The position numbers and the translations under genes are program-made. A stretch of DNA of 64,000 bases from Amnibacterium sp. (lineage in GTDB: Bacteria > Actinomycetota > Actinomycetes > Actinomycetales > Microbacteriaceae). The notes beneath the pieces are model-generated. The model was not told the DNA's origin and searched no databases. It saw nothing but the letters and a program-made list of their open reading frames with translations. Every line of letters begins with the position of its first letter. The stretch's first letter is position 1. The DNA lies in NCBI RefSeq assembly GCF_025463795.1, contig NZ_JAODBE010000057.1:6460-70459 (forward strand), read 5' to 3'. Below are positions 55,870 through 64,000 of this stretch, in pieces.

Positions 55870-56811
55870 ATGGGCGATGTGGACCTGCGGCTCCTCCGGT
55901 ACTTCGTGGCGGTCGCAGAGGCCGGCAGCTTCACGAAGGCCGCCTCGGACCTGCACATCTCGCAGCCCTCGCTGAGCCAAGCGGTGCGACGGCTCGAGCG
56001 TGACGTCGGGGCTCGGCTGATCGACCGCGGAACGAGCGGCTCGCGGCGGGGAGTCGGTCTCACCGACGCGGGCGACGTCCTCCTCATCGGCGCGCGGGAC
56101 GTCCTCAACCGGGCTCAGCGCGCCGTGTCTGCGGCGCAGCAGGCCGGCGAGCGCACGCGGCTGCGCGTCGGATTCGGCACAAGCACTCCGCGGGAGCTCA
56201 CGAGCGCCGTCCTCCGTGCGGTGGAGGAGCTCGGCCGAGTGGACGTGTCGCTCGACTACGTCCCGTGGGGCAACGAGCTCTCCTCGCTTCTCGACGGCGA
56301 TCTCGACCTCGTCTTCCTGCAAGGACCGTCGCGGTTCTCGCACCCTCAAACGGACGCGACCCCGGTCATCCCTGTACGCCGAGTGGCCGTCTTCCGTTCG
56401 ACCCACCCTCTCGCCGCGCGACAAGAAGTGGCGATAGCGGACCTGATCGACGAGCCGATCGTCGATGCCGCCACGGACCGTGGTTACTGGATCGTCGACC
56501 CGCGGCCGGACGGGTCAGCACCGAACGTCGTCGGCCCGGCGGCTCGGACCGTTGACGAGATGCTCGCGTTCGTCTCGCACGGCCGCGGTATGGCCATCAC
56601 GAGTTCCACCGTGGCCGCAACCAACGGCAGCAATGGATTGGCGTTCGTCCCCATCAGCGACCTCGCCCCGGCGGTTGTCTACCTCGTCACCCGTCTCGAC
56701 GACCACCGCGCGGACGTAGCCGCGGTCCGCAAGGTGATCCTCGGGGTCCACGAGGGCGGTGAGAGTCCGCATGAAAGGACCGAGCGTCACGCGGAGGCCG
56801 GTTCGCGGTAG
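55870..56811 (+). CDS. LysR-family transcriptional regulator
   Basis: LRLLRYFVAVAEAGSFTKAASDLHISQPSLSQAVRRLE. It is divergent from the 4-gene operon. Confidence 0.92.
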   Translation: MGDVDLRLLRYFVAVAEAGSFTKAASDLHISQPSLSQAVRRLERDVGARLIDRGTSGSRRGVGLTDAGDVLLIGARDVLNRAQRAVSAAQQAGERTRLRVGFGTSTPRELTSAVLRAVEELGRVDVSLDYVPWGNELSSLLDGDLDLVFLQGPSRFSHPQTDATPVIPVRRVAVFRSTHPLAARQEVAIADLIDEPIVDAATDRGYWIVDPRPDGSAPNVVGPAARTVDEMLAFVSHGRGMAITSSTVAATNGSNGLAFVPISDLAPAVVYLVTRLDDHRADVAAVRKVILGVHEGGESPHERTERHAEAGSR

Positions 56812-57006
56812 GCCGAGGTCGGTGAGCGGTCGGTCCACAGCTCGGCGCCCCAGCAGGAATGCGCCGCTCGTGCGCGAGGTCGAGAGCTACCGCCACGGCC
56901 TCCTCGACCTCCGCCGGGACGACGAGGGGCGCACGCGCTGGACACCGGCGATCAGGCCGGCATGCCGGTCAGTTCTCGGCGCCTCGGATCTTGACAGCGG
57001 GCGCGC

Positions 57007-57210
57007 TCAGGCGCGCGCCGGACGCTTGATCCGGAAGGCGTGGGCGGTTCCGATCGCGCCGCGCCATCGGGTGAGAACCGCGACGGCGAGCACCGCGGCG
57101 ACAAAGGCGATGGTGCCGGCGGAGGTGAAGGCTGCGGCGAAGCCACCCAGCGTCGCGTCAGCGAGCGTGGCGCCGAGCCTCGGCCCGTTCGACGAGCGAG
57201 CTGAACGGAC
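57007..57210 (-). pseudogene. Possible C-terminal remnant of a membrane (MFS-like) transporter gene
   Basis: An open frame with strong G/C third positions but no start codon: ...LGATLADATLGGFAAAFTSAGTIAFVAAVLAVAVLTRWRGAIGTAHAFRIKRPARA*. Upstream coding-like signal (MEPLTIVAEAGYQVSPFSSLVERA, from 57253) is in another frame. Confidence 0.3.
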
Positions 57211-57301
57211 TCACCTGGTACCCGGCCTCGGCGACGATCGTGAGCGGCTCCATGTATCCGAGTGAGCCCGGTCCGGCGCATGCTGGTGGAAGGAGGGGTT
57301 C

Positions 57302-58093
57302 ATGACTGCGGATGTGTCGATCGGCGTCCCTGGAGCGCTGGGCCCGGAGGCGGTGCGGCTGCTCGCGCCGCGCGTCGAAGCTGCCGGCTTCGCGGGGATC
57401 TGGCTCAACGACAGTCCGCAGGGCGACTCGCTCGCCGGGCTGGCCGCCGCCGCGGAGGTCACGACGCACCTCCGCCTCGCGAGCGGCGTGATCCCCGTCG
57501 ACCGGCGGCCGGGACCCTCGATCATCGAGGACCTCCACCGCACGGGGGTGCCCGAGGCGCGGCTCACCCTCGGCATCGGGTCCGGACAGCTGAGGGCGGG
57601 CGCCGTCGACGCCGTCGCCGAGGCGGTCGCCGTGCTCCGCCAGGCGTCGAGGGCGGCGGTCGTCGTCGGCGCGCTCGGGCCGCGGATGCGGCGGCTGGGT
57701 GCAGAGCACGCGGACGGTGTCCTGCTCAGCTGGCTGACGCCCGGCGTCGCCGCGGAGCAGGCGGAGGAGCTGCGAGCGGTAGGCAGGGACGCCCAGGGCG
57801 AGATGCCGAGGATCGCGCTGTACTCACGGACGATCGTCGACGAGGCCGCGCGTCCGGTGCTCGAGCGGGAGGCGGCGCAGTACGGGTCCTACCCGGCGTA
57901 CGCCGCGAACTTCGCGCGTCTCGACATCGGGCCGATCGACACGACCCTGCCGCCCGTCGGCGTCGGGCTCGCGGCCGGAGTCGCCCCGTATCGGGCAGCA
58001 GTGGACGAGCTCGTGCTGCGAGCGATCACGCCCACGGGCTCGCTCGATGACCTGCTGGCGTTCGTCGACCGGGCGGCCGCGCTGCTCGCGTGA
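57302..58093 (+). CDS. LLM-class (F420-dependent-type) oxidoreductase
   Basis: GGAAGGAGGGG precedes the ATG. Sequence ...AAGFAGIWLNDSP...RLTLGIGSG... Confidence 0.88.
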   Translation: MTADVSIGVPGALGPEAVRLLAPRVEAAGFAGIWLNDSPQGDSLAGLAAAAEVTTHLRLASGVIPVDRRPGPSIIEDLHRTGVPEARLTLGIGSGQLRAGAVDAVAEAVAVLRQASRAAVVVGALGPRMRRLGAEHADGVLLSWLTPGVAAEQAEELRAVGRDAQGEMPRIALYSRTIVDEAARPVLEREAAQYGSYPAYAANFARLDIGPIDTTLPPVGVGLAAGVAPYRAAVDELVLRAITPTGSLDDLLAFVDRAAALLA

Positions 58094-58166
58094 GCCTTCC
58101 GGCTTCAGCGGTCGGCATGGCAGCCCCCTGCGCCATGTCCTGGTCGCCCACGGGCGAGAAAAGGTG

Positions 58167-58205
58167 GAGGCCCGGAATCACGCGATCCGCATGTTTCCGG
58201 GCCTC
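58167..58205 (-). terminator. Intrinsic-terminator-like hairpin immediately 3' of the tRNA-like fragment
   Basis: On the minus strand: GAGGCCCGGAA, a 17-nt loop, TTCCGGGCCTC, then CACCTTTTCTC. Confidence 0.45.
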
Positions 58206-58213
58206 TCGGAGCG

Positions 58214-58284
58214 CGCCCCCAGCAAGATTCGAACTTGCGCCCCTGCCTCCGGAGGGCGGCAGGAGCCCCGACTGGCCCGGGCGC
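58214..58284 (-). tRNA. tRNA-Arg(CCG)-like fragment. Only the 3' half (about 58214-58259) is tRNA-like; the 5' part does not fold.
   Basis: On the minus strand: CTCCGGA anticodon loop (anticodon CCG), GGCAG, GGGC, T-arm GCAAG-TTCGAAT-CTTGC, acceptor 3' strand TGGGGGC, discriminator G. No CCA is encoded. No canonical D-arm or U8 can be drawn upstream. Confidence 0.45.
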
Positions 58285-58402
58285 CGGTACAGGACTGCCT
58301 GATCTAGCCAGTATTCGATTACTGCGCGGCCCACCCGATGACGGGGAATCTCGTCGAAGTGTGGGCAGGATGTGGGCACGGAGGGAGGTCCTGCCGCTGT
58401 CA

Positions 58403-59371
58403 TCAACTCGGGCGTTCGGTCGGCGACATGGTGCTGACAAGGGATCCGTCGCGCTGCACGGCATCGCCGAGGATCGTGTCGATCGCTTCTAGGGTCTCGT
58501 TCGAGAGCGTCTTGCCAGCGGCCGCTGCGTTCTCCGTCACCTGCTCGGGTCGGGAGCCCCCGATGATCGCTGCGGCGACGTTGTCGTTCTGCAGCACCCA
58601 TGCGACTGCGAGCTGAGCCATGCTCAGGCTCTCCGCTTCTGCGACCGGGGCGAGCCGCTGGATGCGGCTCAGGAGGTCGTCGTTCAGGAGCCCGGAGAGG
58701 TACTGACCGCCTTCCTGGGTCGTCGCCCGCGAGTCTTCAGGCACCGCGGCGCCTGGCTTGTACTTGCCGGTGAGCAGGCCCTGTTCGATGGGCGAGAAGC
58801 AGATCTGGCCGATGCCAAGTTCCTTGCTGACGGGGACGATCTCCGGCTCGATCTCCCGATAGAGCGCGTTGTACTTCGGCTGGTTGGAGATCAGCGAGAC
58901 GTGGAGCTCGCGGGCGAGCCGGTGGCCGGCGCGGATCTGGTCGGGAGTCCATTCGCTGACGCCGATGTAGAGCGCCTTCCCCGATCGCACGACGTCAGCG
59001 AAGGCCTCGAGGGTCTCCTCCAGCGGGGTCGAGTGGTCGTAGCGGTGTGCCTGGTAGACGTCGACGTAGTCGGTCTGTAGGCGACGGAGTGATCCGTCGA
59101 TGGATTCGAGGATGTGCTTGCGGGAGAGGCCGCTGTCGTTGGGTCCGCCGGGACCGGTCGGCGCGAACACCTTGGTGAGGATCTCGAGGCTTGCGCGGCG
59201 TTGGCCGACCAGCGCGCTTCCGAGGATCTCCTCAGCGCGGCCATTGGCGTATACGTCTGCGGTCTCGAACGTCGTGATCCCCGCATCGAGGGCGGCTCTG
59301 ATGCAGGCCGTCGCGCTGTCCGCGGACCCCTCGGTGTGCGTGACCCAGTTGCCGTAAGTGATCGCGGACAC
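58403..59371 (-). CDS. Aldo/keto reductase with a frameshifted 5' end. The ancestral ATG is at 59406 and the open frame restarts at GTG 59371.
   Basis: ...GITTFETADVYANGRAEEILG...VDVYQAHRYD... AAGGAG precedes ATG 59406, which gives MEHRFAARAD* (stop 59376-59374). The frame carrying ..RGTSGLKVSAITYGNW is offset by one nucleotide. Confidence 0.8.
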   Translation of the reverse strand: MSAITYGNWVTHTEGSADSATACIRAALDAGITTFETADVYANGRAEEILGSALVGQRRASLEILTKVFAPTGPGGPNDSGLSRKHILESIDGSLRRLQTDYVDVYQAHRYDHSTPLEETLEAFADVVRSGKALYIGVSEWTPDQIRAGHRLARELHVSLISNQPKYNALYREIEPEIVPVSKELGIGQICFSPIEQGLLTGKYKPGAAVPEDSRATTQEGGQYLSGLLNDDLLSRIQRLAPVAEAESLSMAQLAVAWVLQNDNVAAAIIGGSRPEQVTENAAAAGKTLSNETLEAIDTILGDAVQRDGSLVSTMSPTERPS

Positions 59372-59418
59372 CTTCAGTCCGCTCGTGCCGCGAATCGATG
59401 CTCCATGTACCTATCTCC

Positions 59419-60543
59419 TTAGGTCTTCGTCACGGGTTCTGGCCCCGGGGTTAGATCGGTCGGCGTCTCGATGATCGAGTCCGGCCAGCCCTCGCGGAGG
59501 TACTGCAGGAACGGCGGTGTGACGCCGGCAGCGGCGAGGTGCTCCGGGGTGGAGGGGGATACGTCCGGTAACCGCCCCGGGTCGGTCGCGTGTTGGGGCC
59601 AGCTCGGGTCGTGGATCGCGGCGGTTCCGAGCGCCACGAGATCGGCACCGAGTCGCCGGACGCGCGTCGCGTCGTGCGGCGTCCGTATCGAACCGGCGGC
59701 GACTATCGGCAGCCCTCGGGGCAGCAAGGCGCGGACGACCTCGAGCGCGCGTCGCCCCTCCTCGTGAGATGAGGACGCGAGCGCGTGACCGAGCGAGAGG
59801 TGGAGGTAGTCCATGCCATCGTCCGCGAGCCAGGCGGCGATCTGCGCGGTCTCCTCCAGCACGATCCCGTGGTGGTGGTTCTCGGGCGATAGGCGGACGC
59901 CGATGACGAAGTCGTTTCCTGCGGCGGTGCGGATCGCGCGAACGACCTCGCGGACGAATCGGGCCCGACCGTCGAGGTCGCCGCCCCACCGGTCGGTGCG
60001 CCGGTTGTCGGTTCGGCTGATGAACTGGGCGGGCAGGAAGCCGTGAGCGGCGTGGATCTCGATGCCGTGCAGCCCGGCTGCCCGCACTCGATCCGCAGCG
60101 GCTCGGTGTGCCTCGATGATGCGCTGGATGTCATCGTCCGAGGCGCCATCCCAGTCGGGACCGTCTGACGATGAGATCCCTCTGGTGTGGGTGATCTCGG
60201 GGGCCGACCTGGACCCGCCGTGGTGCACCTGCACGATGCCGAGCGCATCCGTCGAGGCGATCCGCTGCGCCAGTCCGACCAGGGGCGCGAGATGCCGCTC
60301 GGCATACAGTCCCGCCTGCCCCTCCCAGGCCCGCCCCTCAGGCGCGACGGCCCACGCGCCGGTGATGACGACTCCGAACCCGCCGTCGGCGCGCATCCCG
60401 AGCCAGTCCACCTCGGCTGCGCTGAGCGTTCCGTCCTCGTGGCTCTGCTTGTTGGTCATCGGCGCCATGACGATCCGGTTGATCGCGCGCTGGCTGCCGA
60501 GCCGGATCGGCCTCGTGAGGTCCTCGTTCAACTGGGGTGTCAC
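59419..60543 (-). CDS. NADH:flavin oxidoreductase, Old Yellow Enzyme family
   Basis: RIVMAPMT, HAAHGFLPAQFIS and RTDRWGG. The start is GTG. Confidence 0.9.
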   Translation of the reverse strand: MTPQLNEDLTRPIRLGSQRAINRIVMAPMTNKQSHEDGTLSAAEVDWLGMRADGGFGVVITGAWAVAPEGRAWEGQAGLYAERHLAPLVGLAQRIASTDALGIVQVHHGGSRSAPEITHTRGISSSDGPDWDGASDDDIQRIIEAHRAAADRVRAAGLHGIEIHAAHGFLPAQFISRTDNRRTDRWGGDLDGRARFVREVVRAIRTAAGNDFVIGVRLSPENHHHGIVLEETAQIAAWLADDGMDYLHLSLGHALASSSHEEGRRALEVVRALLPRGLPIVAAGSIRTPHDATRVRRLGADLVALGTAAIHDPSWPQHATDPGRLPDVSPSTPEHLAAAGVTPPFLQYLREGWPDSIIETPTDLTPGPEPVTKT

Positions 60544-60552
60544 CTCTGAGCC

Positions 60553-61608
60553 CTAGAAGAGCTCGGTGATGGCTTGCGCGCTGGAGTCGACGTAGCGGTC
60601 GCGCTGCTTCATGCCGAACGGGCCGTACGGGTAGTCGTCCGGTGTCGGGGCGCTGACCTCGTCGAGCCGCCTCGTCGCCTCGGCCCCCAGTTCGAGGTCG
60701 CCGGCGAGGAGGTTCTTCTCCAGCTGGTCGAGGTTCTTCGTACCAATGATCGGCGCGGTGACTCCGGGACGGTTCGTGACCCAGCTCAGCGCGACCTGCG
60801 TCGGGGTGACGTGCTGCTCCTTCGCGACCGCGCGGACGACGTCGAGGATGGCCCAGTTCTGGTCCTTCCTGGTCAGGCCACCGAAGATGCGCTCGCCCAT
60901 CGGGTTGCCCGCGCCGGCGCGGCTGTCAGATGGGGCCGCGCCGCCCTTCTCGTACTTTCCGGTGAGGAAGCCGCCGCCAAGTGGGGACCACGGCAGCAGG
61001 CCGACACCGTTGTGGAGGGCGGCGGGAACGACTTCGTACTCGATCTCGCGGACGACGAGGTTGTACTGCTGCTGAAGGGACACCGGCACTGTCACGCCCA
61101 TCGCCTTCGCGGTCGACAGCATCAGCTGCAGTTGCCATCCGGTGAAGTTGGAGAGCCCGACGTACTGGATCTTCCCGGCGTGCACGGCGTCGTCGAGGAA
61201 GTTCAGGGTCTCCTCGACCGGCGTCAGCGGATCCCATCCGTGCAGCTGGTACAGGTCGATGCTGTTGCGTTGGAGCCGTCGCAGCGATGCGTGCAGTGCA
61301 CGGTCCAGGTGGCGTCGCGACGATCCCTGCTCGTTGGCATCGGGGCCTGTGCCGAAGCGTGCCTTCGTCGCGAGGACGACCCGGTCCGTGGTCGAGGAAG
61401 GGCGGCTGGCGAACCAGCGGCCGAGCAGCTCCTCGGAGGCGCCGGCGCCATAGACGTTCGAGGTGTCGACCAGGTTGCCGTCCGCCTCGATGAAGCGGTC
61501 GAGGATTCTGAAGGCCTCGGCCTCTTCGGTCTCGGTGCCGAAGCCCATGGTGCCGAGGGCGAGGTTGGAGACGCTGATCCCTGTGCCGGGAAGCATGCGG
61601 TACTTCAT
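60553..61608 (-). CDS. Aldo/keto reductase
   Basis: MKYRMLPGTGISVSNLALGTMGFG...DTSNVYGAGASEELLG...IDLYQLHGWD. Confidence 0.93.
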   Translation of the reverse strand: MKYRMLPGTGISVSNLALGTMGFGTETEEAEAFRILDRFIEADGNLVDTSNVYGAGASEELLGRWFASRPSSTTDRVVLATKARFGTGPDANEQGSSRRHLDRALHASLRRLQRNSIDLYQLHGWDPLTPVEETLNFLDDAVHAGKIQYVGLSNFTGWQLQLMLSTAKAMGVTVPVSLQQQYNLVVREIEYEVVPAALHNGVGLLPWSPLGGGFLTGKYEKGGAAPSDSRAGAGNPMGERIFGGLTRKDQNWAILDVVRAVAKEQHVTPTQVALSWVTNRPGVTAPIIGTKNLDQLEKNLLAGDLELGAEATRRLDEVSAPTPDDYPYGPFGMKQRDRYVDSSAQAITELF

Positions 61609-61660
61609 CTGCAGGTGTCCATTCGTTTCGTGTCCTGTGTCGTGCGTGCCGAGAAACGGA

Positions 61661-62641
<981 letters not shown>

Positions 62642-62734
62642 GCGGTGATCCTTCGTCTTCAGGCTCAGGTGATGGGGATCGCCGAGAGCTCGGCGATGGA
62701 GGTTCTCCAGTGAACGCGAGCGTGTGCGTGCCGG

Positions 62735-62770
62735 GGAGTCCCTGTCGTGAGGGGTAACGCCAGGGACTCC
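62735..62770. promoter_or_regulatory. 10-bp perfect inverted repeat in the AKR / MmyB-like divergent intergenic region
   Basis: GGAGTCCCTG (62735-62744), 16 nt, CAGGGACTCC (62761-62770). A related CAGGG-cat-CCCTG lies at 37853-37865 in the other MmyB-like intergenic region. Confidence 0.35.
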
Positions 62771-62803
62771 ATCCACGGCGGGCACGGACGTATCTTCGGG
62801 CTC

Positions 62804-63700
62804 ATGGACCACCGAGACGACCTCCGCGAGTTCCTCACCTCGCGACGTGAGCGCGTCACCCCCGAGCAGGCGGGACTCCCGGACTTCGGTGGCCGGCGCC
62901 GCGTAAAGGGCCTCCGCCGTGAGGAGGTCGCGATGCTCGCCGGGATGAGCACCGAGTACTACACACGGCTCGAGCGCGGAAATGCCGCCGGGGTGTCCGA
63001 CTCCGTGCTCGATGGCGTGAGTCGTGCCCTTCAGCTGGACGATGCCGAGCGCTCCCACCTCTTCGACCTGGCCAGAACCGCCAACGAGGGCCTCGCCGTG
63101 CAGCGCGCGCGTTCGACGTCCCGTCCTCAGCAGGTCCGGCCGGCGCTGCAGCAGCTGATCGACGCGATGGGTCAGGTGCCGGTGTACGTCCAGAACCGGC
63201 GTCTCGATGCCGTCGCGACGAACCAGCTCGGTCAGGCGTTGTTCTCGGAGATGTTCGCGGACCAGCGCCGCCCGATGAACGCGGTCCGCTTCGTGTTCCT
63301 CGACCCACGCGCGCAGACGTTCTACCGGGATTGGGAGGGCCAGACGAGGCAGATCGTCGCCCTGCTCCGCGCCGAGGCAGGCCGGTCACCGTACGACCGG
63401 GTGCTCACCGACCTCGTCGGCGAGCTCTCCACCCGCAGCGACCTGTTCCGGAAGCTCTGGGCGTCCCACGACGTCCGCGAGCACCGCACCGGGCTGAAGG
63501 CGATCCATCACCCGATCGTCGGCGACCTCGACCTCACCTTTGAGTCCATGGAGCTCGCCTCCCACCCGGGCCTGCAGTTGCTCGCGTACTCGGCGACCCC
63601 GGGCACGCCGAGCCACGACGGCCTGCGGCTGCTGGCCAGCTGGGCCGCGACTCAGTCCGCCGCTGCGGCCCAGCCGACCGAGGTCGGCGACGCCCGCTGA
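62804..63700 (+). CDS. MmyB-like (XRE helix-turn-helix) transcriptional regulator
   Basis: [24 protein letters not shown]...[23 protein letters not shown]... Uses the internal ATG of the track ORF. Confidence 0.88.
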   Translation: MDHRDDLREFLTSRRERVTPEQAGLPDFGGRRRVKGLRREEVAMLAGMSTEYYTRLERGNAAGVSDSVLDGVSRALQLDDAERSHLFDLARTANEGLAVQRARSTSRPQQVRPALQQLIDAMGQVPVYVQNRRLDAVATNQLGQALFSEMFADQRRPMNAVRFVFLDPRAQTFYRDWEGQTRQIVALLRAEAGRSPYDRVLTDLVGELSTRSDLFRKLWASHDVREHRTGLKAIHHPIVGDLDLTFESMELASHPGLQLLAYSATPGTPSHDGLRLLASWAATQSAAAAQPTEVGDAR

Positions 63701-63774
63701 CCCCCGCGCCGACGCCCACCGCGCAGGTAGGCCATCCCACCGCCACCCTCCCTCCGACAGGAAGCAGCACGGCC

Positions 63775-64000
63775 ATGCCCATCTTCTCCCTAGACGACCT
63801 CCGCTTGATCGAGCGCACCCCGGACCTGTACGTCGCTCCGCTCCGCGAGGACGGCTCGACTTACGGCACGTTCACGCAGACGTGGGCCCTCGTCGTCGAC
63901 GGTGAGGTCTACGTCCGCGCCGCCAATGGGCAGGAGTCCCGCTGGTATCGCGCGGCGATCACGCAGACGGCCGGCCGCGTCCGCGTCGCCGGTCGCATCT
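63775..64000 (+). CDS. DUF2255 family protein, 3'-truncated by the right window edge
   Basis: Not in the ORF track. ATG 63775 begins MPIFSLDDLRLIERTPDLYVAPLREDGSTYGTFTQTWALVVDGEVYVRAANGQESRWYRAAI..., which resembles the protein at 47591..47965. Confidence 0.7.
   Translation, partial: MPIFSLDDLRLIERTPDLYVAPLREDGSTYGTFTQTWALVVDGEVYVRAANGQESRWYRAAITQTAGRVRVAGRI

Noticed and set aside
58214-58284. A complete 71-nt tRNA-Arg gene
   Set aside because: The acceptor stem would need a G-G mismatch. Position 8 is G rather than U, no 4-bp D-stem can be drawn, and the anticodon stem has a C-A mismatch. Only the 3' half is convincing.

Overview
This is a very GC-rich chromosomal segment that looks actinobacterial. 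G/C dominates third codon positions, ATGA/GTGA start-stop overlaps are frequent, and one transcript appears leaderless. The taxon call is an inference from these traits. I support about 70 protein-coding genes. Many long ORFs in the track are antisense or read-through artefacts of the GC bias, so real starts were re-picked inside them.

Layout:
- 1-1.6 kb: a divergent pair of a PLP D-amino-acid deaminase-like gene (cut by the window edge) and a RidA gene.
- 1.6-9.5 kb: a complete kdpFABC-kdpDE potassium uptake locus. It is preceded by a tandem 22-bp repeat and an extra unlisted hydrophobic micro-ORF.
- 9.6-64 kb: a long accessory-type stretch. It is dominated by small oxidoreductases (5 aldo/keto reductases, 3 intact SDRs plus an NmrA-like one, 3 LLM flavin enzymes, OYE, Zn-ADH), 4 MFS pumps, an ABC/FtsX-type exporter and many one-component regulators (ArsR x2, MmyB-like x2, GntR, MarR, LysR, plus a decayed LuxR).

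Most notable observations:
1. An ECF41-type sigma factor whose divergent NmrA-like neighbour carries an exact TGTCACA-N16-CGTC promoter.
2. A tightly coupled 4-gene operon (adenosine-deaminase-like, DszA/NtaA-type monooxygenase, flavin reductase, NCS1 permease) plus LysR. It looks like an uncharacterised Rut-analogous heterocycle or nucleobase catabolic route.
3. A 3'-half tRNA-Arg(CCG)-like fragment with its own terminator. This is the signature of an old tRNA-targeted integration site, and a redox gene cluster lies next to it.
4. A putatively leaderless operon of three small unknown proteins.
5. A 771-aa patatin/DUF3376 protein paired with a small membrane protein.
6. Four decayed genes: SDR, LuxR, an AKR 5' frameshift and an MFS remnant.

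I found no CRISPR array, rRNA, intact tRNA, transposase or integrase.
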